Counted from the first letter of the whole stretch, positions 33,701 through 46,763 are shown. The stretch is 63,720 bases of DNA, filler included, from Thraustochytrium aureum (GCA_012862495.1; 3 parts of 2 records of this genome joined end to end with filler, not necessarily neighbours in it); one strand, 5' to 3'. Notes: generated from the sequence alone by a model not told the origin. Program-made: numbers and translations.

Positions 33701-36655
33701 AGTGCTACGAAGTCTTGCTGGAGAGCCTGCGCCTGTTTCGGGCGATGTGCATGACCAAGTCGGCCGTCTTTCAGCGCGCGGTACTGTGCGCAGAGGTCAT
33801 GGACGTCCTTTTCTCTCTCGCGTGCGATCCTTTTGAGGACGACCCTGCGGAGTGGTTCCGCGAGGCGAACGCGCAGGCCAAGCGGCTCGCGGCGTCGATA
33901 TTGGTTGCACTCCCGTTTCAGCGCGAGGTGAGCGAGCCGTGCTTGATTGCCGTGGCGCGGAATTTATCTGCCTCGACTACTCTGCCGTTCCGACGACCGG
34001 GTTCGCGATGCAGGCGTTTGGGGCGCGTATGCTGAGCCGCGTCGAGCTCTCCGAGAAGGGGCACGAGCTGCTTCGACGGACAAACGTTGTTGGAACGCTG
34101 CTTTGCTTCGCATGCTCTGAGGAAGACGAAACGCGCCGCGCTAACGCGCTTGTTGGCCTCTTGTACTTGAGCGCCGAGGACGGCAAGACGCAAGAGTACA
34201 TTTGTGCGACGGCGCTTTATCGGCTCCTGAAGCTCGCGTGGACGGCCGACACCCCGCACGTCCAGGCTCTCCTTGGCAAGGTGCTCGAGCAGCTGGCTAA
34301 GAACAAGTCCAACCGAACGAGGATCTACAAGGCGGAGATTCGGGCCCGCGGAATCGCAACGCGATGGGCAAACGAGGTAGCAGGCCTGCCCGGGTGCGAA
34401 GCGGCGAACGAGGAGACAGGGGCTGGCGTTGTGGAGCTCTTGTCGCCAGTTGGCCCTGCAGGCAGAACAAGCAGCAGCAGCTGCAGCAGGGGCGGCGGTT
34501 GCGGCGACGGCGCGCGGCATCCAGACACGTCGGCTGCGAGCGCTCACGACGTTGAGGAAGCCTGCGCCGCGCGCGAGCTGGAAGCGATCATGAAGGTGCG
34601 CAAGGATTACAAGCGGTGGCTGCGCAAAGATCTCCGCATTCGCGAGCCAAAGCGCACCTTGCCATTCGCCAGAAAGGCGGGAGCTAGCGCTGCAACCAAG
34701 GCAAGCGCGAAGGTGCTCCCGGCTTTGGAAGTGACGCGGCGCCCGTCGCTGTGCATGTCGCCTCGGCAGTCGCCGCTGTGGTGCTTTCGTGAATCGATTC
34801 TCTCGCCCGCCAACAACCCGACAGCCGTGTCCCGGAGCAACGCAAAAGAGCCGCGCCTCCAGGACGCGCTCCTGCTCACCCCGTCCATGTACCAGCCGGT
34901 CAAGATGCTCTGGACCAAGAACCGAGCAGAATTAGGGCCTGCTGTCGGGGAAGAGGCGCGCTCACTTGGAGCTGAGGCGGCTGCGACGACAGACTCGAAC
35001 CAGCTCTGCGAAGTGCTCCCGCCGTGGAAGCAAGCGCCGCCAGGCGACCCGTTCCTGGCTCTCGTGGACTTGGTTCCGCGTGCGATCTGCACGAACGACC
35101 TGGACGTCGTCCCATTTGTCCCGCAGGTCGGCGTCTCGCTCGTCGAGCTCGAGCGCGCGAGCACGGACTTTCACCTGCAGCCCGCGATTCGGTCGGTCCT
35201 CGGGCCGCAAGGCCTGCGGCTCATGCTTGTTACACCAGGCCGGCTGGGGCCGCCGGTGCGCGCATCCGCGCTGCCGGCCACCAATATGCCGCCGTACGAC
35301 AGGCTGGGCGGCTGGACGCTCTGGGACGGCGTCGGCGTGCCGCTAGACACGCCGATCCAGATCTCGGTTCGCGTCGACGACGATAGCGGCCAGGGTGAGC
35401 ACCAAATTGATGGCGAGGAGGGCGGCGAAAACGGCGCTGCTGCAGAGGCCCGGCGCTCTTGGCTCGCAGCGGCTTGCGTCGCTCGCGTTGCCGCGACTGC
35501 CCCAAGTAGTCTTGACCCCGCGGTGCGCGAGGCGTGCTTGGACGACGCGGCCGCGGCAACGCTGTGCTCGCTGCACGCCTACCTTGTCGCGAGATCCGGG
35601 GGCTCGCCCAAGGCGCTCGCAGAGCTTTTCGCGCAGGCTTTGGAAGCGTCGGGCTCAGCAAACTCGCCAAGCACCTCGCGGACGGCGGCGCAGCCCCTGC
35701 GCCGGCCACCGACCTCGGGTGGTTCTTGGGCATAGTTGGATCTGATCCGCAGGCCGTCGCCAGGCTTTGCGAGGTCTACTCTGGGGCAGCGCTGCTCGCC
35801 CTGGAGGGCATGAGCGAGCGCGTCGTTCTGCTGCTGGAAGACAGCAGGGTCTTTTTGGGGCAGCTGGCCGATGTTTGGGGCGCGAGCCCCCGAGCCTGGG
35901 TCGAAAGCATAGCGCGGGCAACAACAGAGCTCTTCGTTGGCGAGGAGCAGCTCGCTGTCGCGCGCGAGCTCGGGGAGCTGTTCATGGGCCATCCGCTGGC
36001 GAGCGAGTCGGAATGCGCGGGCAAAGCGCGGCAGGAACTCCTCTTGCGAATCGCCTCGATGGTGCCGCTTCCTGAAGCCTCGGTGATTGAGCGGGTCGCG
36101 GGGGACCCTCGCGACGTTTACACGTATCTTGCAATGCGCAGGATCTGCGACGCGGACCCCTCGAGGCTCGGTATCGAGGCCGAGGCGGAAGATCGCGCCG
36201 CGTTTTCGTCCTTTTTGCTTCCGTTCGAGCTTGAGACGCGACTCCAGGACGCGCGACAAGCCCGGGCCAAGCCTGGCAGGCGCGTTGCTAGCCCGCAGGA
36301 AGGACCGCCATTCGCGCTTGCGAGCCTCTCGGACCGTCTAAAGCTGGTGCTCAACCACCTCCGCCGCCAGCACGGGCTGGCGCTGCCCCAGGACGAGGCC
36401 GCTGGTAACGCCAGAGTGCTCGCGCTCGCGCAAGAGCTTGTGGCCGCTGCCGCTGAAGGCGCGGCGCCGGAAGAGTTTGCCCCGTGGGTAGCTCTGCGCG
36501 CAGTAGTCAAGACGTTGGAGATGCGCTCCAACGTGCTCAGCGGGAGCGGTTCGGCTGATGTCGATGCTGTGGTCGCTTTTGCAGCTAGTGCGCTGGGCCT
36601 GAGTCCCAGCGCGTCCCTCAAGCTAGCCCAGATCGTCACTCGCTCTCGTCAATGA
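30744..36655 (+). CDS. Large (~1,900 aa) alpha-helical ARM/HEAT-like repeat protein
   Basis: Consecutive Leu/Ala-rich ORFs (30744, 31053, 33094, 33852, 35534) joined by single-base slips. ARM-like segments occur near 33200-34330, e.g. VLEQLAKNKSNRTRIYKAE. Confidence 0.6.
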
Positions 36656-37057
36656 CAAGCGAGCAGCAGAGGCTGGCCAATTGTCAACGAGGTCGAACAG
36701 GCCAATGCGACCTGCCTACCGACCAGCTAGCTAGAGACCGTACATCGCGACCTACGTCGGAGACGAGCCGAGGCTCGGGTGCTGCTGTCCCTGCTTGCAA
36801 CGCTCGGATGTCAAGCTGGGCAGCTTGGAGCCCTCGCGAGGGCTCGCTCCTCCAGCTACTAGTAGAGACTAGTAGAGGTATAGATCGCATAGATCGCTAA
36901 AGAAAACAAGCAAGGCAAGGGGAAATGGGTGCCGCCCGGCGGACAGGGGTCGAGGAGATATCTGGGTTGTTGCCCCTCTCCGCCAGGCCGAACTCGCGGG
37001 CCCACAAACAAGCGCGTAGATTGCTCAGCCGAGCGCTAGCTCTAGCTCTATCGTGGG

Positions 37058-38219
37058 TCAGGCGGTGGAGCGCGGCAGCTCCCACGTCGTCTTGCCACTC
37101 TTCTCGTCCCAGTAGTAGTGGCGCCCTGTCGCGCTGTCCATCACCTCGACCCAGTCATCGCTAGGCAGGGGCGGCGGCGCGCCTTGAGGGGCCGGCGGCG
37201 GCGGAGGCGGCGGCATCCAGCTCGAGACCTGCGTGGAGGGGTTCCAGTAATATGGCACGTTCGTGCTGGGGTCGAGCTGGACGATCCACCGACCTATTCT
37301 AGAGCCACGGNNNNNNNNNNNNNNNNNNNNNNNNNNNNNNNNNNNNNNNNNNNNNNNNNNNNNNNNNNNNNNNNNNNNNNNNNNNNNNNNNNNNNNNNNN
37401 NNNNNNNNNNNNNNNNNNNNNNNNNNNNNNNNNNNNNNNNNNNNNNNNNNNNNNNNNNNNNNNNNNNNNNNNNNNNNNNNNNNNNNNNNNNNNNNNNNNN
37501 NNNNNNNNNNNNNNNNNNNNNNNNNNNNNNNNNNNNNNNNNNNNNNNNNNNNNNNNNNNNNNNNNNNNNNNNNNNNNNNNNNNNNNNNNNNNNNNNNNNN
37601 NNNNNNNNNNNNNNNNNNNNNNNNNNNNNNNNNNNNNNNNNNNNNNNNNNNNNNNNNNNNNNNNNNNNNNNNNNNNNNNNNNNNNNNNNNNNNNNNNNNN
37701 NNNNNNNNNNNNNNNNNNNNNNNNNNNNNNNNNNNNNNNNNNNNNNNNNNNNNNNNNNNNNNNNNNNNNNNNNNNNNNNNNNNNNNNNNNNNNNNNNNNN
37801 NNNNNNNNNNNNNNNNNNNNNNNNNNNNNNNNNNNNNNNNNNNNNNNNNNNNNNNNNNNNNNNNNNNNNNNNNNNNNNNNNNNNNNNNNNNNNNNNNNNN
37901 NNNNNNNNNNNNNNNNNNNNNNNNNNNNNNNNNNNNNNNNNNNNNTGCTCTCTTCCCTTCGCGGTTCGCCAACGCCGCCAGCGCTGCCTCCAGAGTACGC
38001 GATCGAGGAGGGCCTGATTTCCTGCTCGGAGCCGCGTCCAGGAATCGCCTCGCCGTTTTCTTCGGCCTTTTTCATCCACGCCGGCATTACCATGGCGCGT
38101 CCTCTGCCGACACTCGGCGCGGGCGCATCGGAGTGCCCGTCCCGGCCTCCCCTGCCCCTGCCGCGGCCTCTAAACCTGCCGCTGCCGCCATCGTCCCTCC
38201 CATCCCTGCCGCGCTTCAT
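37058..38219 (-). CDS. RG-rich, WW-domain protein (central part in gap)
   Basis: N-terminal RGRGRG tract and GRGRAMVMPAWM; C-terminal WW repeats WIVQLDPSTNVPYYWNPSTQVSSW and WVEVMDSATGRHYYWDEKSGKTTW. Confidence 0.7.
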
Positions 38220-38973
38220 GTCTCCGCAGGCCGGAAAACGCGCGTGGTGTATCCTCCTGCAGCCTTCTTCATCCGGCGCGTCCGTCAGCTAAACTCTGCC
38301 CAGGCATCAACTTTTGCGGCCCGTCTGGCTGCGTCCTGCCGCGTCCTGCAGCACCGAGCCATTCCGAACTCTGCTACCATCAGGAGGCTGGGCTGGCGAG
38401 AGCCCCGCGTGCCAGGCAGATAGATAGGCAGGCTGGCAGGCCGGCTGGCAGGCAGGCAGGCCGGCCGGCTGGCTGGCTGTGGTATCTCAAGCTTCACTCA
38501 CCGATCGACCCGCACAGCGTTCGCCGCGCAGAAAACGCAATCCCCAAAATGCCCCAGATCGGCAGATCAGCAGGAAACGAAGCAGGGCCGCGCCCTGCCC
38601 TGCACCGCCGCACTCCTGCCCCGCCCGCAGCGAAAAACGGCGGTCTCGACACCAAAAACGTCCAAAAACGTCCAGCAACCCCGCTCGACCCGCAACAGAC
38701 GGACAGAAAGCACACAGGCAGACACACAGACAGAGAAGCGGGCAGGGTCCTGCAGCGCGGCACAGCGAACGCAGACCGACCCAGCGACGCGCGCTGCTGC
38801 GGCCGCCCTCCTGCTCCTCCTCGATGGGGCTCTGCCTGCCAGCCTGCCTGCCGCCCACTCGCTCGGCCCCTCTATCCCGCATGCCTCCCGCAGAGCCCCA
38901 AAGATAGAGGACCGACCCGCTATTAATTCATTCCCTGCTTTACTCACCAACTGGACAGTAAATAGCGGATTGG

Positions 38974-39155
38974 GGTGTGCACTCGGGTGGCGCGCGTTCC
39001 GCTGCTTGAGCCGGAGTGGCCCTCTGTTCCTGCGGCTGCTATCTACATTGGAATGGAGTGGAGATGTAGCGGGGTAAAGGTGTGCACTCGGGTGAGGAGG
39101 ACGAGCGCGCGTTCCGCTGCTTGGGCCGGAGCGGCCCTCTGTTCCTGCGGGTGCT
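38974..39155. repeat. Imperfect ~67-77 bp direct repeat in the divergent promoter region
   Basis: 38974-39040 and 39079-39155 share GGTGTGCACTCGGGTG...GCGCGCGTTCCGCTGCTTGRGCCGGAGYGGCCCTCTGTTCCTGCGG. Confidence 0.85.
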
Positions 39156-39416
39156 TTGTTAGCGGAGCGGGACGAGCGCTTCGGTGAGGGGAACGCACTT
39201 GGGTGTGTGCAGAACGGAATTGGATGAAGCGGCAGACAGCAGCAGAAGGAGCGCAGACAGAGCCGCGCCGAGTTGGCCTGCGGAGGAGGAGCGTCGCTTG
39301 GCAGCGCTGGTTTGTTTGTTTGTTTGTTGGTTGGTTGGCTCGTTGCAGGAGGTCGTTGCCGATTGCGCTGCGGCGGGCGCCCCGGGTCTGGGTCGGTTTG
39401 CTGCGCTGCAAGCAGG

Positions 39417-39969
39417 ATGAGGCCGCTCAAGCACCATGAGACGAAGCTCCTGCGCAAGGTGGACTTGCTCAACTACAAGAGGGAGAACACGCTGCGCGAG
39501 ATCCAGGTGATGCGCAGGTACCACGTGCAGGGACGCGATGATTATGTCAAGTACAACAGGATGGTGGGCCAAGTGGGCAAGCTGTCCGCGCGGCTGCAGA
39601 AGCTCGATCCAAGGGACCCGTTCAGGATCAAGATGACCGAGCAGCTGCTGGACAAGCTGTACAGCATGGGGCTGATCCCGCGCAAGAAGAACCTGGAGCT
39701 TGCCGAGGCGCTGACCGTTTCCGCGTTTTGCAGGCGTAGGCTGCCCGTGGTCCTGGTGCGGCTCAAGTTTTGCGAGAATCTCAAGGAGGCCACGACGTTT
39801 ATCGAGCAGAGCCAGATCCGCGTTGGGCCAGGAGGTGGTCACCGACCCGGCGTTCCTCGTGACGCGTTCCATGGAGGACTTTGTGACCTGGGTGGACACC
39901 TCCAAGGTCCGCCGCCATGTGATGAGCTACAACGACAAGTTGGACGACTTTGACCTGCTGGGGGCCTAG
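39417..39969 (+). CDS. IMP3: U3 snoRNP protein IMP3 (S4 domain)
   Basis: [55 protein letters not shown] and LDDFDLL; one extra G at ~39831. Confidence 0.95.
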
Positions 39970-39973
39970 AGAG

Positions 39974-39978
39974 TGTTG

Positions 39979-40017
<39 letters not shown>
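39974..40017. repeat. (GTT)n(GCT)n compound microsatellite after the IMP3 stop
   Basis: Read directly; a similar GCT/GTT tract lies at 21730-21781. Confidence 0.9.
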
Positions 40018-40018
<1 letters not shown>

Positions 40019-40776
40019 GGGCGGCGGCGGGAAGCGATCGATTCCTGCGAGATTTCTGCGGCCCAAAGGGCTTCGCGCTCGTCTTTAGGAAGATAGATGG
40101 AGTGGAGGGAAGCGATCCGCACATGCTTGCCCTTTATGAGCGCGCGCTTGGCTCCGTGTCGCGGTTTGCAAAAGGGCGGGCCAGCCAAGACGCCGACGGC
40201 TAGCTCTAGAGAGCGAGCTTGCNNNNNNNNNNNNNNNNNNNNNNNNNNNNNNNNNNNNNNNNNNNNNNNNNNNNNNNNNNNNNNNNNNNNNNNNNNNNNN
40301 NNNNNNNNNNNNNNNNNNNNNNNNNNNNNNNNNNNNNNNNNNNNNNNNNNNNNNNNNNNNNNNNNNNNNNNNNNNNNNNNNNNNNNNNNNNNNNNNNNNN
40401 NNNNNNNNNNNNNNNNNNNNNNNNNNNNNNNNNNNNNNNNNNNNNNNNNNNNNNNNNNNNNNNNNNNNNNNNNNNNNNNNNNNNNNNNNNNNNNNNNNNN
40501 NNNNNNNNNNNNNNNNNNNNNNNNNNNNNNNNNNNNNNNNNNNNNNNNNNNNNNNNNNNNNNNNNNNNNNNNNNNNNNNNAGCCGTGCCCGAGGGCCTAG
40601 AGCGCGGGCCGCCGAGAGCCAGCCACTCACGCGGGCTTGGACGCCTCCGAGATGCGGAAAAGCAGCGAAACGCAAATTGTTACTTAGATAGCTTTGTTTG
40701 CAGCGGTGCCAGCTTCGCAGAGCGAAGCAAGACTGGCCAACAGCGCGAAACCCCAAAAGACAAAAGAAAGCCATAT

Positions 40777-43054
40777 CTAGAGCTCGAGCTTCTCCTCAGC
40801 CTCCTCAGCCTCCTCCGCGGCTTCGTCGGCTGCCGGGACCTCCATCTCAGGGAGCAGCTCCAGCGAGTCGAGCTGCAGGCCAGCCTTCATGAGGCGGTAC
40901 ATGCGGCCAGCAAACTCCTTCGGCTCCTCCATCTCAAAGCCCGAGTTGAGCAGGGCGGTGTCAAAGATGAGCCAGGCAAGGTCAATGGCCTCGGCATCGT
41001 CCTCGTTCGCCTCGATCTTGACACGGAGCTGGTTGATGATCGGGTGGCGCGGGTTGATCTCCATGATCTTCTTGCCCCCCATGAGCGGGGCGCGGCCGCT
41101 GCCAAAGGCCTGGTGCTTCATGATCTTCTCCATGTTGGCCGAGTGGCCGAACTGGCTCGTGACGAGCACGGCAGGCGTGTCGGTGACCCGGTTGGAAACG
41201 ACGACCTTCTCGATGCGGTCCACCTTGGTCTTGATCCAGTCCCCGAGGCCCTTGAACTGGTCCTTGTAGAGCTTGTCGCGCTTGGCGTCCTCTTCGGACT
41301 CGTCGCCAAACTTGAGCCCCTCCTTCGCCAGGCTCTGGAACTTGTGCGTCTCGTAGCCGGCGGTGAGCTGCTGCATGACGTACTCGTCGAGCGGGTCGTC
41401 AAGCAGAAGCACCTCGACGCCCTTGGCCTTTGCGCGCTCCAGGAAGGGCGAGTCTTGGATGGACTTCATGTCCGAGCCAGCGATGTAGTAGATGCCCTTC
41501 TGCCAGGACGGCATGCGCTCGATGTACTCGTCCAGAGAGAACTGCTCGTCCTCGCTCTTGGTGCTGTGGAAGCGCAGGAGCTTGACCAGCTTGTTGCGGT
41601 TGGCAGAGTCCTCGATCACGCCGAGCTTGATGTGCTTGCCAAACCCTTCCAAAACTTTTTGTACTCGTCGGCCTTGGCGACGCCAGACTCCTCGTCGTCC
41701 TCGTCTTCGTCCTCGTCGGCGTCCTCGTCCTTGGTCGAGGACTTTTTCTTCTGGGCCTGCTCGGCCTCGGACATCTTGCGCAAAAGCTCCAGGATCTTGC
41801 GCACGAGCTTCTTGCCCATCACTTTGAGGATCTTGTGCTGCTGAAGGGTCTCGCGCGACACGTTGAGGGGCAGGTCGTCGCTGTCCACTACGCCCTTGAT
41901 AAAGTTGAGGTACTTGGGGATGAGCTCCTCGAACTCGTCCGTGATGAGCACCTTGCGCACGTACAGCTTGAGGGCCGCCTTGGTGTTGTAGTAGTTCTCG
42001 TACTGGTTGAAGGCCCCCTGCGACGGCACGTAGAGGATGGACTTGAACTCGACCTCGCCCTCGGCGCGAAAGTGCGTCCACGTCAGCGGGTCGGCAAAGT
42101 CCTTGGTGATCGACTTGTAGAACTCGATGTACTCGTCCTTCTTGATGTCGTCCTTGCCGCGGGGCCCCAGATTGCCGGTTGGTTGTTGACGCGGTCCCAG
42201 GTCCAGGTGGTCACCTCCTTGGTCTTCTTCGTCCCTGCTGGCTTTTTGTCCTCCTCTTCCTCCTCCTCGTCTTCGTCCTCCTCGTCCTCCTCGTCGGCCC
42301 CCTCGTCCGCGGCCTCGTCCTCCTCCTCGTCCTCCTCCACGGTCTCGATCTTGCTCTTGTGGAGGTAGATCGGGAACGTGATGAACTCCGAGTAGCGCTG
42401 CACGAGGCCCTCGAGGCGGTCCTGGTTGGCGTACTCGAGCGCGTCCTCTTTCAGGAAAAGCTTGATCTCGGTGCCGCGGCCGAGCGTGTTGCCGCGCTCG
42501 TCGCGGGTCACCGAGAAGGTCGAGTCGGCGGTTGACTCCCAGATGTACTGCTCGTCCTCAAAGTGCTTGGACGTGACTTGCACCTTGTCGCTCACGAGGT
42601 AGACCGAGTAGAAGCCGACGCCGAACTGGCCGATCAGGCTCAGGTCGCCGCCCGACGCCATCGACTCCACGAACTGGGTTGTGCCGGACTTGGCCACGGT
42701 CCCGAGGTTCTGGATGAGGTCCTCCTTGGTCATGCCGACGCCCGTGTCGCGCAGGGTGAGCGTGCGCTCGGCCTCGTCGAACGAGATGCGGATCTCGAGC
42801 TCCTCCTTGCCCTCCATGATGGCCGGGTTCTCGATGGCGAGGTACCGCACCTTGTCGAGCGCGTCCGCAGAGTTGCTAATGAGCTCGCGCAGGAAGACCT
42901 CCTTCTTCGAGTACAGCGAGTTGACGATGATGTCCATCAGCCGGCTCACCTCGGCCTGAAACTCGTACTTTTCGCCGTCCTCCGCCGCGCGCGCCCCGTT
43001 CGCCAGCACGCCGACGGCGGCCGCGCCGGTCGCGACCATCCTGGCCCACCTCAT
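40777..43054 (-). CDS. HSP90B1: Endoplasmin/GRP94 (ER Hsp90)
   Basis: Signal peptide, [44 protein letters not shown] and MEINPRHP; C-terminal KLEL. Slips at ~42163 and ~41645. Confidence 0.95.
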
Positions 43055-44702
43055 CGTGCCAAACCCGACTCGTGCCGGCCGGACGACTCGCGCGCTCCCG
43101 GCTGCCCTGCGCTCACACGACGCACGCTCACACGACGCACGCTCGCACTCAGTCGCTCGNNNNNNNNNNNNNNNNNNNNNNNNNNNNNNNNNNNNNNNNN
43201 NNNNNNNNNNNNNNNNNNNNNNNNNNNNNNNNNNNNNNNNNNNNNNNNNNNNNNNNNNNNNNNNNNNNNNNNNNNNNNNNNNNNNNNNNNNNNNNNNNNN
43301 NNNNNNNNNNNNNNNNNNNNNNNNNNNNNNNNNNNNNNNNNNNNNNNNNNNNNNNNNNNNNNNNNNNNNNNNNNNNNNNNNNNNNNNNNNNNNNNNNNNN
43401 NNNNNNNNNNNNNNNNNNNNNNNNNNNNNNNNNNNNNNNNNNNNNNNNNNNNNNNNNNNNNNNNNNNNNNNNNNNNNNNNNNNNNNNNNNNNNNNNNNNN
43501 NNNNNNNNNNNNNNNNNNNNNNNNNNNNNNNNNNNNNNNNNNNNNNNNNNNNNNNNNNNNNNNNNNNNNNNNNNNNNNNNNNNNNNNNNNNNNNNNNNNN
43601 NNNNNNNNNNNNNNNNNNNNNNNNNNNNNNNNNNNNNNNNNNNNNNNNNNNNNNNNNNNNNNNNNNNNNNNNNNNNNNNNNNNNNNNNNNNNNNNNNNNN
43701 NNNNNNNNNNNNNNNNNNNNNNNNNNNNNNNNNNNNNNNNNNNNNNNNNNNNNNNNNNNNNNNNNNNNNNNNNNNNNNNNNNNNNNNNNNNNNNNNNNNN
43801 NNNNNNNNNNNNNNNNNNNNNNNNNNNNNNNNNNNNNNNNNNNNNNNNNNNNNNNNNNNNNNNNNNNNNNNNNNNNNNNNNNNNNNNNNNNNNNNNNNNN
43901 NNNNNNNNNNNNNNNNNNNNNNNNNNNNNNNNNNNNNNNNNNNNNNNNNNNNNNNNNNNNNNNNNGCCTCTGCCGCCCGCGAGGTCCCTCCGAGCCTGCC
44001 ACGGGGCGTGTCCACTTTCCCGCCTGCAGTGCATTGGAGTTCACTCGGTACTTTGTGGTTCTTGCTTTCTTCTTTCATGGAAACCCAGCAAGTGATGAAT
44101 CGCCCAAGTTGTTTTTTGTTTTTTTTGGTTTTCCATCGATTTTTTTCTAAATTCTACATTTTCCAAGTTCTTTTTTTTTTTTTTTTCCGGTCAACTTGAA
44201 GAATCAGGAGGGAGAAGCAGGCAGACCCCGAACGCGACCCACCCGTGCAAGCCAGAGCAGCGGCAGCAGCAGCGGCAGCAGTGGCAGTGGCAGCAGTGGC
44301 AGTGGCAGCGCTGGCCTTGAGAGGCCGCACGGGCCGCAGGTCGCGAACGGAGGCCTCACAGGTCGTTCGCTCTTCGCGCGGTCTCCGAAGCCCCCCAAGT
44401 CCTCGCTCTGCCTGGCTTGCGGTGACCGACCCACTCCACGCGGGCCGTGGAAGCGCGAGGAGCGCGGCTGCGGCGAACCGAAACTGCACGGGACGCTCTG
44501 ACGGCTGAAGCCGATCGCCTGCTGGAGCGCTGCCGATTGGCTGTGGCCAGCCGGATCGAGCGAAACGCGGCTCGCCCGCGCGCTGTGCGGCCGAGCTCGC
44601 TGGCGTGCCGCTGTCTACCTGCCTCTGGAGGTGGCTGTGAGCGAGGCGAAAGCGCAACACGGACGCGCGCTCCGCCGCTGGGATAAACGTGCTCCCGCAG
44701 CG

Positions 44703-45354
44703 ATGACCGTCAACTTGGACTGGAACCGCTCGATGATCAAGTCGCTCAACGCGCACCACGCGCGCACAGCCCGCCGAGGCGTGGAGTGGCGACACGTGAC
44801 CGGAAACCTGTACCAGTCGTCTGCAGGCGAGTACCACACCTGCGACTTCACCTGCATACGGTGGGTACAGCGCGTGGACGGGCTGCGTATTTGCGCGATC
44901 ACGGGCCTCTGCAAAAACTCTATGGCTCCCCACAGCGCCGAGCCACGACAACCTCAAGCGCAAGAACGACGGCTGCGACGGGTGGGTGGCTTGCCCGGAG
45001 GATGCCATCGCGGCCGCGGAGGACGGCCAGGCGCGGCCTAGCAAGAAGCGCAGCTTCCGCGCCGACGCGAACTGCTCGGCGGCGAGCATGATGTGCGACG
45101 ACGACGACGACACGGAGGAGGTCAAACGCGAGGAAACGTACTCGTCCGCGCCTGCCTCGTCGCACCAGCATCTCGCCCGGCAGCACCCGCACCAGCTGGT
45201 TCCGCAGCAAATGGCAACTGGCGGCTGGGGCGCCGCTGTGCCGCCGCTCCAGAGCGACTTTGACGAGGCCTCTTACGGCGCCGGCGCCTTTTGCGGCTGC
45301 TCTGGGAGCGCGCTGAAGAGCGCCTCGTACGCGTGCTGCGGGATGCACTTCTGA
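44703..45354 (+). CDS. Small Cys/His (putative Zn-binding) protein resembling the SKIP31 Cys/His region
   Basis: GNLY..S.GEYHTCDFTC...RICAITGLC. One extra C at ~44930 joins it to the 44986-45354 frame. Confidence 0.5.
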
Positions 45355-45999
45355 TCGACTCTGGCCATGACGAGCCACCGCGCGCCGCAGGGAAGCGGCT
45401 CGCGCGAGCGGCACGGGCAAGACTTATCAACACCGCCGCCCAAAACAACAACGAAGCAGCCGGGAATAAGACCTGCACGACTGGCAGGCACAACAAGACA
45501 CACCTGAACTGAACTGGCGCAGAAACTGCAAACGAGCCCAAGTACGACAACAACCGAAACCAAAACCAAAAACAAAAACAAAACACATCATCTTTTATTC
45601 GGATTGCGTCGCGAGGGAACATACCGGTGGAGTAGAGTACGCTACACTTGCTGCCGCGAGCGAGCACGACCGTCCAAAATGACTCGATCAATCAAACAAC
45701 TTGCTCTGCGGCCGAGGTAAGGCTGCAAATTACACCTCGTCGTCAGCGATGTCATAGGTCGGCTGCTGGAAGGCGCGCCACTGCGGCCCAAGGTCGAGGT
45801 CGCGGAATCGCTGCGAGTTGGACGCGCCCCGCGAAGAAGGCGGCGGCGGCGGCGGGGCACGCGAAAACATGGCGGAGACGCGGTTGCCCGCCCGCAGCGC
45901 AGACGGCGCGATGAACGAATGCGGCGCCGAGACGGTGGCCCCGCCGCTCTTGTCCGCCGAGGCGCGGAAGTGATCGCCTTGGTCCTCGTCCTCGGTGGC

Positions 46000-46099
46000 N
46001 NNNNNNNNNNNNNNNNNNNNNNNNNNNNNNNNNNNNNNNNNNNTTAATTAATTAANNNNNNNNNNNNNNNNNNNNNNNNNNNNNNNNNNNNNNNNNNNN
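46000..46099. other. Artificial scaffold linker N44-TTAATTAATTAA-N44
   Basis: Same structure as 30313-30412. Confidence 0.95.
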
Positions 46100-46763
46100 T
46101 GGTCAATGAGTACGATTTTGTTCGGTTTGCGTTCCGCTTTTCTTGTTGATCTCAAGAGAATTTGCGTATACTTTTCTGTACGAAGTAGAGTACCATTAGT
46201 TGAGGTTGTGAGTACTCCTCGTTGTCCCAGTGGTGTCGTCCGTCCGTCCGTAAGAGAGCCCGCACCTCGACTCTTTTCCGTCACAGTGGAGTCAAGCGCT
46301 CGAATCACTGAGCACCTCCTGGACTGAAGGCAGCCTGCAGCCACTGCACTGTGAGGCACCAGGATGAACGATAGCCTGAGGTACTCTCTACTAGTACAAC
46401 ATTCCAAGTTCAACCTCGCCTCGTGCAATTCCTTCTCGAAAACGCCGAGCCAACGAGGGACGAGTGCACGACATTGGGCACACGCACGCGAATGGACACC
46501 ACGCTGATTTTTTCAACGACTCCCGTCGCGGCCATAGCAAATGCAAGCGCCCTCGTTTAGATGCGTGATGCGGGAGCTGTCCAAGCTTGCGCGCATGTCT
46601 GCACGTTCTTGATCGAGTTGATGAAATCGATGATCCTGGCGACAGACCCGCAACCAGAGGCAAGAACGAGCTCGGGCGCAAGAACAACTGACTGAACGAG
46701 GCGCAGCGTTCAAGTGTTGCGAACGACGGCACGCTCGTTTGGGGGCCGAGATACAGAGGCAGC

